DNA from: Trichomonas gallinae
Taxonomy: Eukaryota
Direction of reading: 5' to 3'
DNA length: 20,000 nt
Assembly (NCBI GenBank): GCA_008369845.1
Contig: MRSU01000563.1
Span: 47,207 to 67,206 of the forward strand
In this document: positions 19,540 through 20,000 of the stretch, piece by piece
Layout: every line of letters begins with the position of its first letter
How positions within the stretch are numbered: the stretch's first letter is position 1
Position numbers and translations under genes: made by a program
The notes under the pieces: model-generated
What the model saw: only the letters and a program-made list of their open reading frames with translations
What the model was told of the DNA's origin: nothing
Database searches by the model: none

Positions 19540-19921
19540 TTTTGAAATCAAGTTTTTTTCTATTGTTTTTACAGTTTTCAAATTTCAATCAATTTGAGAA
19601 ATACTCCAAACAACACATAGGATCTGTTTCCACAAAAATCTCTTCATAATCACATTTCTCTCTTAATCTGCTAAAACTGTTTTATTATGACTTAATAACA
19701 ATCTAAAATAGAAGATGAGTGTCATTGATATAGTTATCAAGATGAAAAATGCATAATATATAAGTGAATATGAAAAAACCAAATCAAATCATTTCATTCA
19801 TTAAATAATGGATAACTTTGATTATATATCTAGCTGTATAAATGGAAATATAAGATAGTTGTTTTGGAAACAACATTCTATCTATTGATGTTTTAGAAAA
19901 AATAAACAATAATCTAAAATT

Positions 19922-19928
19922 AAAAAAA
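19922..19928 (-). terminator. RNA polymerase III terminator (T7 run)
   Basis: Seven T on the minus strand 1 nt after the tRNA discriminator base. Confidence 0.8.
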
Positions 19929-19929
19929 T

Positions 19930-20000
19930 CTCCTCCCGTGTGGATCGAACACACGACTTCCAGATTAACAGTCTGACACTCTAACCAACTGAGTTAGGGA
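19930..20000 (-). tRNA. trnN: tRNA-Asn (GTT); first ~3 nt lie beyond the window edge
   Basis: Minus strand: TCCC TA ACTC AGTTGGTTA GAGT G TCAGA CT GTT AA TCTGG AAGTC GTGTG TTCGATC CACAC GGGAGGA G. D, anticodon and T stems all pair; anticodon at 19957-19959; discriminator G; no intron and no encoded CCA. Confidence 0.97.

Noticed and set aside
18765..19649. Track ORFs 18765..18968, 19119..19340, 19401..19649 and 19406..19588
   Set aside because: Other frames or strands of the 19539..18627 pseudogene.
1..20000. CRISPR arrays, rRNA, intact transposons or Maverick/Polinton genes
   Set aside because: No regularly spaced repeats, terminal inverted repeats, or transposase, integrase or polymerase motifs seen by eye.

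Overview
AT-rich eukaryotic DNA with no introns visible. The gene families (DUF3447-ankyrin, R2R3 Myb, AIG1-like GTPase, a Cys/Asn-rich beta-helix-like family), TCAYW initiator elements just upstream of ATGs and TAAA overlapping several stop codons point to a parabasalid such as Trichomonas (inference). Apparently intact genes: a multi-pass membrane protein running off the left edge (1887..<1, missed by the ORF track), an ankyrin protein, an R2R3 Myb, an ACC-synthase-like class I/II aminotransferase, a CLU/Clueless (TIF31) homolog, and tRNA-Asn(GTT) cut by the right edge. Disrupted genes: an AIG1/GIMAP-like GTPase with a split P-loop, a second frameshift and two in-frame stops; a divergently oriented, 5'-truncated relative of its C-terminal part; a Cys-rich family pseudogene; a Myb with no in-frame ATG ahead of its first repeat; and probably a long decayed gene at about 8.2-10.9 kb. 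The most notable signal is the head-to-head pair at 5.75-7.75 kb. Both members carry Trp-terminated beta-rich repeats and end in a polybasic stretch plus a CaaX-like box (CYIA, CNIA), suggesting prenylated AIG1-type GTPases. All family calls come from reading motifs by eye; no database searches were run.
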